Positions 9,896 to 20,008 of a stretch of DNA of 64,000 nt are shown here, piece after piece. The stretch comes from Gemmatimonadota bacterium (lineage in GTDB: Bacteria; Gemmatimonadota; Gemmatimonadetes; Gemmatimonadales; GWC2-71-9), in NCBI GenBank assembly GCA_036679605.1, contig JAZDCZ010000419.1, positions 96,001 to 160,000 of the forward strand, written 5' to 3'. The position numbers were made by a program, and so were the translations under genes. Under the pieces are notes generated by a model. It searched no databases. It worked only from the letters and a program-made list of their open reading frames with translations, and had not been told where the DNA came from. The stretch's first letter is position 1. Every line of letters starts with the position of its first letter.

Positions 9896-11139
9896 CGGCA
9901 AATGGATTCAGCGGACTGGACCCGTGCGTTCATTGCGGATTCTGTTTGCAGAGCTGCCCAACCTATCTGGCGACAGGGGACGAGGCAGACAGTCCGCGTG
10001 GACGCATTGTGTTGATGCAAAACTTGGCCTGCGCACAGCTCGCACCCAATGACGAAAAGCTCCTTTACCACATCGATCGCTGCCTAGGCTGCCAGGCTTG
10101 CGAGACTGCGTGTCCGTCCGGTGTGAACTATGCGGCCGCCTTGGAGTCGACACGCGAGTTGTTAGCTAGACATCGGCCACTACCGCTCGTGTCTCGAGCA
10201 GTCAACAAAATTATGGCTGAGCCCTTGTTGCGAACGCCCCTCTTATGGGTGACTCGGCTCGTCCGGCCCATATCAAGGGTGTTGTCCGGCAAGTCCAGTC
10301 TGGGGTTTGCGTTCGGCATGCTCTCGGCAACGCGCAAGACCAACACCCACGAGAGCGATGTGGCGGTCTCCACTTCCACCAATCCTGAACCGTCGTCCGG
10401 AGCAGCCAGCCTTTTCACCGGCTGTATCATGGAAGGTCTGTTCCCGCACGTGAACTCGGCCTGTGAGAGAACACTGGCCGCAAACAATTATCGAATGATT
10501 TCGACTCCCAATCAATCGTGTTGTGGTGCTCTACATGCGCATGCCGGACAGCATGAAGAGGCGCGAACGCTGGCAAGGAAGAATGTTATCGCCTTCAGTA
10601 CGAACCCGGAAATTCCGATCGCCGTCAACAGTGCCGGGTGTGGTGCCATGCTCAAGAACTATGGTCGTCTTCTGGAAGGTGACCTTTTAGAGCACGACGC
10701 TATCGCCTTCGCCGACCGAGTGAAAGACGTGAGCGAATTACTCGCTGACAGAGGACCCCGAGTGGGTGAAAGTGTGCGAATGCGTGTCGCATACGATCCG
10801 CCATGTCATCTGCTGCATGCACAGCGAGTCAAAGATGCGCCAATTGCCATGATGAGTGCGGTCCCCGGCATCGAGATGGTGGCACATATCGAGGCAGAGA
10901 TGTGTTGTGGCAGCGCCGGGAGCTATTCCCTCACAGAACCCGAGTTATCGCACGCGGTTCTGAATCGTAAAGTGATGGCCATCGAGGAAGCAGCACCAGA
11001 CGTCGTGGTTACCGGCAATCCCGGATGCATCATGCAGATTGGAGCGGGTTTGGCAGCCGCCGGCTCGAGTGTGCTGGTCATGCACCCGGTAGAGATATTG
11101 GATTGGTCATATGAACGCGCGGGCTACTATGCCCAATGA
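9892..11139 (+). CDS. glcF: Glycolate oxidase Fe-S subunit GlcF
   Basis: CVHCGFCLQSCP and CLGCQACETACP ferredoxin motifs, two CCG domains (CCGAL, CCGSAG). Confidence 0.88.
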   Translation: MTANGFSGLDPCVHCGFCLQSCPTYLATGDEADSPRGRIVLMQNLACAQLAPNDEKLLYHIDRCLGCQACETACPSGVNYAAALESTRELLARHRPLPLVSRAVNKIMAEPLLRTPLLWVTRLVRPISRVLSGKSSLGFAFGMLSATRKTNTHESDVAVSTSTNPEPSSGAASLFTGCIMEGLFPHVNSACERTLAANNYRMISTPNQSCCGALHAHAGQHEEARTLARKNVIAFSTNPEIPIAVNSAGCGAMLKNYGRLLEGDLLEHDAIAFADRVKDVSELLADRGPRVGESVRMRVAYDPPCHLLHAQRVKDAPIAMMSAVPGIEMVAHIEAEMCCGSAGSYSLTEPELSHAVLNRKVMAIEEAAPDVVVTGNPGCIMQIGAGLAAAGSSVLVMHPVEILDWSYERAGYYAQ

Positions 11140-12124
11140 ACTGCCAGCAGCCATGGTGGCGACAGTAAGCAAGAACGACCTGACGGCCGCCACTCTGCAT
11201 GCGGTGTTTCATGGAGCGGTGGTGGCCAGAGCTAGCGTCTCAACCATCGAAGTCACTGGTTCTGGTGCGTTGCAGTGCATGCAGGGTGTTCTCACCAACG
11301 ATGTCGTCGGCGCTGGTGATGCTTCGTTCACCTACGGCGCTGTCCTCACCGCCAAAGGGAGAATCCTCAGCGACATGTGGGTCGCTCGCGTCGGTGAGCG
11401 AATAATGCTGTTTCCTCCCCGACAGGGTGGGCAGGTGGCTCTCGATACTTTCCGACGGACCATTCCGCCACGGCTCGCCAAGATTTCTGACCTGTCATCC
11501 AAGATCGACGTACTTCGTATCGTGGGGCCGAATGCGGCAAAAGTTGCGACCGACACGGGTTTTCTAGCACCCGAGCGCGGTGGCACCAGTGCGGTTGGCG
11601 ATTGCATCGTAGCGCGCCCCGCGGATGACCAGCCCTTTGTTCTTCAAATTGCGTGCAGCCCGAACGATACCGACACTCATATCGCTACACTTGCTGCGGC
11701 AGGAGCCATCACGTCGGACGATGCTGCGTTAGAGATCCAGCGAATTGTGACTGGGTGGCCCCGGCTAGGGTCGGAGATCGACGACAAGACCTTGCCCCAG
11801 GAGGTCTTGTTCGATGAACTGGGCGGCATCTCATACTCGAAAGGCTGCTACACGGGACAGGAAACGGTAGCGCGGTTACATTTCCGTGGGCACGTGAACA
11901 AGCGAATCGTCGGACTGCGCTGGGACCGTAAGCCAGACGTGAGCGCGAAACGAATCTTACTGGACAATCGAGACGTAGGTCGAGTCAGCAGCACCGCTTG
12001 GCTGGGCTCCAGTAACGGGTATGTGGGCTTGGGAATGGTCCATAAGGACGTAGGCCTCGGCGAAGGCGTGATCGCGGGAGGTGTGTCGGCGTGCGTCGTC
12101 GGTCTTCCATTCGAAGTGGTTTGA
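11129..12124 (+). CDS. ygfZ: YgfZ/GcvT-family folate-binding protein
   Basis: Signature KGCYTGQE plus GcvT-like N-terminus. Confidence 0.85.
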   Translation: MPNELPAAMVATVSKNDLTAATLHAVFHGAVVARASVSTIEVTGSGALQCMQGVLTNDVVGAGDASFTYGAVLTAKGRILSDMWVARVGERIMLFPPRQGGQVALDTFRRTIPPRLAKISDLSSKIDVLRIVGPNAAKVATDTGFLAPERGGTSAVGDCIVARPADDQPFVLQIACSPNDTDTHIATLAAAGAITSDDAALEIQRIVTGWPRLGSEIDDKTLPQEVLFDELGGISYSKGCYTGQETVARLHFRGHVNKRIVGLRWDRKPDVSAKRILLDNRDVGRVSSTAWLGSSNGYVGLGMVHKDVGLGEGVIAGGVSACVVGLPFEVV

Positions 12125-12136
12125 AGAGGAGACTCC

Positions 12137-12382
12137 ATGGATTTTTGGGTGTTCATTGCTATTATCGTCGTGTGCGGCCCCATCGCCAAGGCAGTGGCTG
12201 TACGCATTCGACGTGGGGACGCTGGTAACCCGGCAGCATTGGGCGAGTCCCGAGAGAGGCTCGACGACATGGAGCAGCGCATCGAAGACACGACCGAGCG
12301 GCTAGCCGAACTGGAAGAGAGACTCGATTTCACCGAACGCATGCTGGCCCAACAGAAAGCCAGCCAACACCTCAACCCTTGA
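12137..12382 (+). CDS. Small membrane protein with C-terminal coiled coil
   Basis: GAGGAG RBS; hydrophobic N-terminal helix, then RLAELEERLDFTERML. Confidence 0.75.
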   Translation: MDFWVFIAIIVVCGPIAKAVAVRIRRGDAGNPAALGESRERLDDMEQRIEDTTERLAELEERLDFTERMLAQQKASQHLNP

Positions 12383-12436
12383 GTCTCCAGGCGCGTGCCC
12401 TGGCCCACGATCTACACCAAGGCTAGACTGCACATC

Positions 12437-13225
12437 ATGACAGACGAACGGACCCGTACTTTTGTCATAGTCCGTCAGGACGGTACCGAGACGACCAGCG
12501 CTACGGACTCGGTCGCGGTAGAGGACCCGCTCGAGATCCGCCTGGGCGAGACGCCGCTGGTCGTGACGATGCGAACGCCCGGTGACGACAAGGATCTGAC
12601 GTTGGGTTTTCTCCTCACCGAGGGGATTCTGTTGACGCCTGGCGAGATACTGACCATCGATCGCATCGACAGCTCTCGCGTGTCGGTACAGTTTGCTGAC
12701 GGCGTCGAAGTCGATCCGGGTCGGTTCCAGCGCAACATGTTCGTGTCGAGTTCTTGTGGGGTGTGCGGCAAGGCCTCACTTGAAGCTGTGGAACTCGTGG
12801 CGAGTCCCGCCAAAGATTTCACAGTGAGTCGTTCCGTAGTATCGGCTCTTACAGATCGTCTGCGAGACCATCAGCCGACATTCGATACGACGGGCGGACT
12901 ACACGCAGCGGGGTTGTTCGATCTGGCGGGGCAGACCCTCGCCGTACGAGAAGACGTGGGTCGACACAATGCAGTTGACAAGGTCATCGGCGCAGTCGCC
13001 GCGACAAGCTGGCCGCTGCCATCTTGTCTGCTGATGGTCTCCGGCCGTCAGAGCTTCGAAATTGTACAGAAAGCGGCAGTGGCCGGTGTGGGCGGCGTGA
13101 TCGGAGTGTCTGCACCATCATCGTTGGCGGTCGATCTCGCCACGCGACTGAAAATGCTACTGGTAGGTTTCTCGCGTGGCGATAGGTTCAACTTGTACGC
13201 GGGTGAGCAGAGGCTCCGAGACTAG
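12437..13225 (+). CDS. fdhD: Formate dehydrogenase accessory sulfurtransferase
   Basis: VTMRTPG, SSSCGVCG, TGGLHAAG, REDVGRHNAVDKVIG. Confidence 0.93.
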   Translation: MTDERTRTFVIVRQDGTETTSATDSVAVEDPLEIRLGETPLVVTMRTPGDDKDLTLGFLLTEGILLTPGEILTIDRIDSSRVSVQFADGVEVDPGRFQRNMFVSSSCGVCGKASLEAVELVASPAKDFTVSRSVVSALTDRLRDHQPTFDTTGGLHAAGLFDLAGQTLAVREDVGRHNAVDKVIGAVAATSWPLPSCLLMVSGRQSFEIVQKAAVAGVGGVIGVSAPSSLAVDLATRLKMLLVGFSRGDRFNLYAGEQRLRD

Positions 13226-13278
13226 ATTCTTCCGCGGGGTAGCATTTTTCGATCTCGCTGGCAAACTTCATTGCAACA

Positions 13279-14949
13279 ATGACAGACCAAACCCTCGTTA
13301 CCCGCTGGAAGAATGAGCCTGCGCCTCTTCTTCCCATGCTGCACGCATTTCACGACCGCGACGGATTCTTGTCGGATGACGCAATCAGGGCGGTGTCAAA
13401 GGCTCTGAAGATCCCGCTGGCCGATCTGTTCGGCACGATCACCTTTTATCATCACTTCGCCCGCAAACCGCCTTCCAAGAGCCGTGCCCGGGTATGCACT
13501 GGTCCGATCTGCTGCCTGAGGGGTGGCAAAGAATTGCTCCAAGAATTGGAGGGTGACGGCGCCACGTCGATGCCGTGCGCAGGACGATGTGACCAGCCGG
13601 TACCCGTCCTGAACGGGGGTGTCGTGTCGATCGGCACATCCGCGGCAGTACTAGATAACGCACCTAGTCCCGTGCCGATCCCGAATCCCGGAAACTCCGA
13701 AGAATGCGTGTTTGCACATATCCGTGAGGCCGATAGAGCGACCATGGACGGCTATCGCAATACCGGTGGCTACGGCGGCCTTATCAAGGCCGTAACGGAA
13801 ATGAGCCCATCAAATGTGCTCGCTCTCATTGCGGAGAGCAAGCTGGCGGGTCGCGGAGGTGCGGGATTCCCCACCGGCGTGAAGTGGAAAGCTGTGGCAG
13901 ATGCTCCCGGGGCACCCAAGACAATCGTGTGTAACGCAGATGAGGGTGAGCCCGGTTGCTTCAAGGATCGCACAATTCTGGATTACGACCCACATGCTGT
14001 CATAGAGGGTATGGCCGCCGCCGCCTACGCTACCGGCGCGACACGTGGTTTCATCTATCTGAGATACGAATACCCCGAAACTCTCGGCGTTCTCGAGCGC
14101 GCCATCTCCGAGGCGTGTGACGCGGGTTTGCTTGGCAAAAACATCCTTGGCAAGAGCATCGACTTCGATATCTACGTGCGGCGTGGAGCAGGTGCGTACA
14201 TCTGTGGCGAAGAAGGCTCGCTGCTCAACAGTTTGGAGGGCAAACACCCGTTCCCACGTAACCGCCCGCCGTTTCCTGTAACACATGGTTTCGACAACCT
14301 ACCGACGGTAGTTAACAACGTGGAAACGCTTGCGTCGGTGCCACACATTCTGGCACGCGGCGCAGAGTGGTATCAGGCATTGGGCATGAACGACCAGGCT
14401 GGCACGAAACTGATCAGCTTGTCAGGTGATGTTCAGCGGCCCGGCAACTACGAGGTACCGCTCGGCCTGCCGCTTAAGACCTTACTGTACGATTGGGCGG
14501 GCGGCCCACACAAAGGTAGGTCGATCCAGGCGCTCACGATGGCCGGCCTGTCGGGTGGCTTCCTGGCGGGAGAGGACATGCACGTGACGCTGGATGAAAC
14601 CAGTATCCGAAGCAAAGGCTCCTTCTTGGGTGCAGGCGGGATAATGGTGTTCGACGACAGTCGCGATATGATGAAGGTTGCCCATGGCGCGATGGAGTTC
14701 TTCGCCGAGGAGTCATGTGGGAAATGTTTTCCATGTCGAATCGGAACACAGCGTCTCACGGAGAGGTTGGCCGGAGATGCGGGGCCTAAGGAGCTAACGC
14801 CCTGGATCGACGAAGTAAGTGATATTTGCACGACGATGAAAGCAACAAGCGCATGCGGCCTTGGCATAGCCGCGCCCCTGATTCCAGAGAGTTTGGTAAA
14901 GTACTTTCCAGATCGGGTGGCTCATCACGTTACCGATTCTAGTAGGTGA
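13279..14949 (+). CDS. Fused NuoE/NuoF-like (FdsG/FdsB-like) NADH-binding subunit of formate dehydrogenase
   Basis: N-terminal NuoE-like region (TITFYHHF, CTGPIC, CAGRC) followed by GRGGAGFPTG, NADEGEPG, GAGAYICGEE, SCGKCFPCRIG. Confidence 0.85.
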   Translation: MTDQTLVTRWKNEPAPLLPMLHAFHDRDGFLSDDAIRAVSKALKIPLADLFGTITFYHHFARKPPSKSRARVCTGPICCLRGGKELLQELEGDGATSMPCAGRCDQPVPVLNGGVVSIGTSAAVLDNAPSPVPIPNPGNSEECVFAHIREADRATMDGYRNTGGYGGLIKAVTEMSPSNVLALIAESKLAGRGGAGFPTGVKWKAVADAPGAPKTIVCNADEGEPGCFKDRTILDYDPHAVIEGMAAAAYATGATRGFIYLRYEYPETLGVLERAISEACDAGLLGKNILGKSIDFDIYVRRGAGAYICGEEGSLLNSLEGKHPFPRNRPPFPVTHGFDNLPTVVNNVETLASVPHILARGAEWYQALGMNDQAGTKLISLSGDVQRPGNYEVPLGLPLKTLLYDWAGGPHKGRSIQALTMAGLSGGFLAGEDMHVTLDETSIRSKGSFLGAGGIMVFDDSRDMMKVAHGAMEFFAEESCGKCFPCRIGTQRLTERLAGDAGPKELTPWIDEVSDICTTMKATSACGLGIAAPLIPESLVKYFPDRVAHHVTDSSR

Positions 14950-14968
14950 TCTCGCAAGGGAAAATGCA

Positions 14969-17725
14969 ATGATCATGAAACGCAAGGACGTTGAACAGGA
15001 AACCATGACCCTGAACGGTCATGAAGTGACTTTCACCCCGGGCGAGAGCATCTATGAGGTGGCAAAGCGGCACGGCAAGTCTATTCCCACCCTGTGCTAC
15101 GACGAACGCCTAGAGGCCTTCGGTGGATGCCGGCTGTGCGTCGTTGACGTCGAGGGTGCTAAGAACCCGGTTGCGTCATGCACTACGGCAGCAACGCAAG
15201 GAATGGTAGTCCGAACGACAACTGATCAGATAGACTCGTACCGTCGCGTGCTGCTGGAGATGGTCGCATCGGAGAATCGCGAAGTCGATGTTGATCCGCT
15301 GCGCGGTTACGCATCGCAGGAGTTGACCGCGCTTGTAGATCAATACGACGCGCGTACCGGTCGGTTTGCCGGCAAGCGGTCCGGCGCCACACGTCTCGAC
15401 GACGACAACCCGTTCATATACCGCGACTATGATCTCTGCATCTCCTGTTACCGCTGCGTTCGTGTCTGCGCTGAGCGAGAGGGAGATTACGCCATCAGTG
15501 TGATGAACCGTGGATTCGAAACCAAGATCGCCACAGAATTCGAGGGCATACTCAAAGAATCGGCGTGTACATTCTGCGGTCAGTGCGTGCAGACATGTCC
15601 TACCGGAGCGCTCGCCGACCGCAAGGCGATGCGCTACGCAGATCTGAATGGCGATATCGAAAAGACGAGAACGATTTGCCCCTATTGCGGTGTTGGCTGC
15701 TCCGTAGATGTTATGACGAAGAACGACACCATGGTGGGTGTACAGCCGGCGATGGACGGTCCGGCAAACGAGGGCGCGCTATGTGTAAAGGGTCAGTTCG
15801 CCTACGATTTCGTACAGCACGCCGACCGTCTGACGGTACCGCTAACGCGCGCCGATGACGGAGAACTACACGAGACCGATTGGGATACAGCACTGGACCG
15901 TGCGGCACACGGCTTCAAGTTGGCGCTGGCAGAACATGGCCGGCATAGCATTTACGGCATCGCATCGGGCCGCGCACCGGGAGAAGCGGCGTATACGATG
16001 CAGAAGTTTATCCGTGCCGGGTTCGGTACGAATTACATAGACAACTGTAGCCGTGCTTGACACTCTCCCACGGTTGCCGGTCTGGCAGCCACGATCGGAC
16101 GAGGGGCCATGTCGAATCCACTGGCCGACATGGACAAACCTGACGTATTCTTCTGTATCGGCACCAACATGACCGAGTGCCATCCTGTGGCAGCGACACG
16201 TATCAAGCGTGCGCTTGCGCAGGGTGCCAAGATGATCGTTGCAGACCCGAGAAGGATCGGATTGGCGGAAATCTCCGATCTGTACCTCCCGATCCGAGTA
16301 GGCTCTGATGTGGCGTTGCTGCTGGGCATGGCACACGTGATCGCTCGAGAGGGATTGATCGATCCCGCATTCATCGCCGACCGTACGGTCGAGAGCGAGA
16401 AATTCCTCGAACATGTCAAAGATTTCCCGCCTGAGTGGGCACAGGAGATCACAGGCGTACCGGCCGGAGACATCGAGCAAGCCGCATTGTGGTTCGGCAA
16501 AGCCGATCGCGGGGCCATTTACTACACACTCGGTGTCACGGAACACATCTGCGGAGTCGACAACGTCCAAAGTCTCTGCAACCTGGCGTTGATGACCGGA
16601 AATATTGGCCGTGAGGGCACCGGCATCAATCCGATGCGCGGGCAGAACAATATCCAGGGTGCGGGCGACTGCGGGGCGTTGCCCAACAACTATCCTGGGT
16701 TCCAACCGGTTACTGACCCCAACAATCAGGAGAAGTTCGAGAGGCTGTGGGGCAAGAAGGTCGACTTGGAGAAGGGCATCACGAAAGTCGCCGCCTTAGA
16801 CCAGTGCGGTGACCAGATCCGAGCGATGTTGATCGATGGCGAGAACACGCTCGTGTCGGATCCCAACCGCAAGCACTGCGAACATGCACTCAAGAGCCTC
16901 GATCACCTGATCGTGATCGACATTTTCTTGACTGAAACTGCACAACTGGCTGACGTCGTGTTCCCTGCGACCGCATGGGGTGAAACCGATGGCACCTGCG
17001 CCAACACCGAGCGCCGAGTGCAGCGGCTGCGGAAGGCGGTAGATCCGCCGGGGGAGGCGAAGCCCGATTGGTGGATCGTTGCACAACTTGCCAAGCGACT
17101 CGGCTGGAGTGGTTTTGATTGGACCGAGCCCAAGGAGATCTTCGATGAACTGTGCGATCTGTCGCCGATTTATCACGGACTCGATTGGGATCGGATAGAA
17201 CACGGCGAGTACCAATGGCCGGTGCCCGAGAAGGGACATCCTGGCACGCCGCGGCTGCACGAGAAAGAGTTTCCCATCGGGCGGGGGATCTTCAAGTTGG
17301 TCAAGTACCGCGATCCCGCCGAAACAATCAGCGATGAATACCCTATATGGCTCACGACCGGCCGCAGGCTAGAGTCGTATCACACTCGTACGCAGACCGG
17401 CCGGGCTGCCGGTATCGATTATCTGTTGCCTGAGGAAACACTCGAGGTTCATCCGGACGATGTAGAGGCTTGGGGCCTAAGAGACGGTAGCTTTTGCCAG
17501 CTTACCAGTCCGCGCGGGTCGGTCGAAATCAAGGTCAAGGCAACGCGCAGGAGCCCCAGGGGCACCGTATTCGCCAGCTTCAGTTTCAGCGACGTTCCTA
17601 TTAACGCCCTAACCGGATCGGGTTACGATCCAATTACTGACACGGCGGAACTCAAGGTCTGCACGGTGAACGTGAGACCATGTGAGAGCGGTGTGGTGGA
17701 GCCGAAGACGAGGATGCAGGTATAG
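14969..17725 (+). CDS. fdhF: Formate dehydrogenase alpha subunit, selenocysteine-containing (UGA at 16058-16060)
   Basis: ORFs 14969..16060 and 16109..17725 are in the same frame and join as DNCSRA-U-HSPTVAGLAATIGRGAMSN. N-terminal Fe-S domains, CPYCGVGC and RGQNNIQG are present. Confidence 0.9.
16061..16100 (+). promoter_or_regulatory. Bacterial SECIS element
   Basis: UGA CACUCUCCCAC GGUUGCC GGUCU GGCAGCC: a hairpin starting about 11 nt after UGA, similar to the E. coli fdhF SECIS (GGUUGCAGGUCUGCACC). Confidence 0.85.
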
Positions 17726-17760
17726 CCGGGAGAGAAGGTGATGACGAGTACAGGTGACAC

Positions 17761-18069
17761 ATGATCCCATTACTTGAACAGAAGCTGGCGGCCATCGCGC
17801 AGCTCTGCCGCCGCTACCACGTCGCGCGGCTCGACGTGTTCGGCTCGGCTGCGACCGGCGCCTTCGACCCCACGAGGAGCGATCTGGATTTCCTGGTGGA
17901 GTTCCAGCGCACGGCCGAGATGACGCTGGCAGATCAGTACTTCGGGCTCTGGGAGGAGATCCGTGAGCTGCTCGGCCGGGACGTCGACCTTCTCACGCCG
18001 CGCTCGCTTAGGAACCCGTACTTCATTGCAGCAGTCGAACGGAGCCGCCAGGAGCTATATGCGGCCTGA
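17761..18069 (+). CDS. Minimal nucleotidyltransferase (MNT) antitoxin
   Basis: LDVFGSAATG...SDLDFLVEF...RDVDLLT; 102 aa. Confidence 0.9.
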   Translation: MIPLLEQKLAAIAQLCRRYHVARLDVFGSAATGAFDPTRSDLDFLVEFQRTAEMTLADQYFGLWEEIRELLGRDVDLLTPRSLRNPYFIAAVERSRQELYAA

Positions 18070-18412
18070 GGCGCTAAAGCTCTTGGAGGACATCCGCGAC
18101 GCCGGCACATTCATCCTGGATACCGTGGCCCGGTTATCCCTGGCGGAGTACCTGGAAAACCGTCTGGTGCGTCAGGCGGTGGAGCGTAATCTCCAGATCA
18201 TCGGCGAAGCGATGAACCGGCTTCACCAAGTAGACTCTGAGGTCGCAGCTCGGGCCGGCGAAGTGGCCCGGATCGTGGCGTTTCGCAACATCCTGGTTCA
18301 CGGATACGACATGCTCGACCACGAGATCGTGTGGCAGGTCATCCGCGATAATCTGCCGACCCTGCTGGAGCGAACAAGCGGGCTGTTGTCGGAACCCGAT
18401 GATGTGTCCTGA
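18059..18412 (+). CDS. HEPN/DUF86 (HepT-like) RNase toxin
   Basis: AVERNLQIIGEA, FRNILVHGY (R-x4-H-x-Y); ATG at 18059 overlaps the MNT gene. Confidence 0.9.
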   Translation: MRPEALKLLEDIRDAGTFILDTVARLSLAEYLENRLVRQAVERNLQIIGEAMNRLHQVDSEVAARAGEVARIVAFRNILVHGYDMLDHEIVWQVIRDNLPTLLERTSGLLSEPDDVS

Positions 18413-18736
18413 ATCTGGCAGGCACCGGGTCCGGGGCTTCCAGACTTGGAATGAACGATAGCGTTTGTCGGGATTCATGGCATCAGCACTCCGTTTCCTG
18501 TCGCGATGTCATCCAATTGTTTGAATATGTTCCCCGCGAGCGATGATCGGTATACCCCAAAATAGTGCGATGAACTCGACGAAATAATTGCCCTCGCGCT
18601 GAAAGGCAGAATCGGCCAGTACTAGAGGTGTGCCCGACGAGTGTCAGGTCGTGTGGGAGGGAAGTGCGAGTCGTGAAGAAGCGGAAGTTCCTAACGGCAA
18701 TTTCAGATCGCAGACTTGTGGTTCTGGCTGCGATGT

Positions 18737-20008
18737 CTAGCCGGCGGATAATAGCGCGCGCAACTTCTCCGCAACCGCGGGAACGGGTGGCACGTCTCGG
18801 GACAAAGTCAGGAAGAGCTTGTCGTAGTCCAGTACAGGGTCGGTCACGGAAAGGCCCTCGAGGAGCGCCCGATCGGGACCGGCGTAGTCGTAGAGCCCGG
18901 CCTCTTCGGTCAGCCGCATGGCGTTCTCCAGGTGGTGCACCGCCTGGCGCGTCTTACGGAAGCGCGCGAACGCCATTCCCAGCGTAACTTCCAGATCGCG
19001 CCGTTCCGTCTCCGTCAGGTCCTCCTCCGATGCCGGGATCCGGAGGCGCAACCGCTCGAAGCCGACCCGGTTGCCCCTGAGGCCCGCAAGCTGAAGGAGT
19101 TGGGTGAGCGCCCGAACCCGTAGCCTTGGCGGCGGCTCCCCTTGCAACACGAAGTTGAACGCATCTTCGGCCGGCTGGTAGTGGCCGGCCTCGGACAGCG
19201 TGTACCCCAATATTTCGACTGACTGCTGACGGTCGAGTGACGTATGGGAGCACGCTACCGCCTCAAATGCCATAGCCACGGCGTCATCCACGCGGTTCGT
19301 AAATCGGCAGACCTCGGCTAACTGCTGGCACACAAGCGCCTCGGCCTTACGGTCACCGCCTTTCTGGGCGTCCTTTCTCAGCTTCTCGAGCGCGCGTTCC
19401 GACTGCTCGAAGTTGCCGCACGCAATCAACACACGTGCCCGGCCGGTCCGGCTGATTAGCCCCCAATGTTCATTCGAGAGGCCCGACGCCAGCTTTCCGG
19501 CTGCCTTGAATGCATCGTCGGCCTCATCGGTTTCGAGGCACGACAACAAGACCGCACCGCAGCGAAGGTGGGTTTGAATGGCTTCCTCGACATCGTCCAC
19601 GTTCGTTACGCGAAGGGCTGTACGCAGCACGTCCAAAATTTCCGCCACGGGCCGGTCTTGCTCCAGCCAATCCGCGTAGCTGACAAGCGGTTGCCACAGA
19701 GGGCGTAGGTGCTCCGCACAAGCACATTCGCCACAGGCCTCAACGATCCCCAGGAGCAATTCGACTTCCTCGGTGCCCTGGGGCAGATCCGTGAGGTAAT
19801 CCCGTGTCGCCTCGATCTGATAAAGGGTTCCCCTGCTTTGGGTATTGCCGCTCGCGAATTGATCGACTAGCCGGAGTGTCAGGAAGGCGCCCAAATTGAG
19901 CTGACCACTCTCCACGCCCGCACTGTCCCCCGCCCGCTCGATGAACGGCATATGCGAAATGGGCCAGGGCGGCCGGAAGTCGGAATCAGTGGTATCGATG
20001 ATTGTCAC
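18737..20008 (-). CDS. Hypothetical all-helical TPR-like protein
   Basis: 423-aa ORF with repeated helical pairs (EADDAFKAAGKLA, LGYTLSEAGHYQPAEDAF, LGMAFARFRKTRQAVHHLENA); start uncertain. Confidence 0.7.
   Translation of the reverse strand: MTIIDTTDSDFRPPWPISHMPFIERAGDSAGVESGQLNLGAFLTLRLVDQFASGNTQSRGTLYQIEATRDYLTDLPQGTEEVELLLGIVEACGECACAEHLRPLWQPLVSYADWLEQDRPVAEILDVLRTALRVTNVDDVEEAIQTHLRCGAVLLSCLETDEADDAFKAAGKLASGLSNEHWGLISRTGRARVLIACGNFEQSERALEKLRKDAQKGGDRKAEALVCQQLAEVCRFTNRVDDAVAMAFEAVACSHTSLDRQQSVEILGYTLSEAGHYQPAEDAFNFVLQGEPPPRLRVRALTQLLQLAGLRGNRVGFERLRLRIPASEEDLTETERRDLEVTLGMAFARFRKTRQAVHHLENAMRLTEEAGLYDYAGPDRALLEGLSVTDPVLDYDKLFLTLSRDVPPVPAVAEKLRALLSAG

Noticed and set aside
16058..16060. 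FDH alpha subunit as a nonsense pseudogene
   Set aside because: The TGA is at the catalytic Cys/Sec position and is followed by a SECIS hairpin.
18527..18558. ATGTTCCCCGCGAGCG...GGTATACCC as a solitary I-E-like repeat
   Set aside because: About 10-nt similarity only, no GCGGGG stem partner and no second copy; the region may instead be a minus-strand gene remnant.
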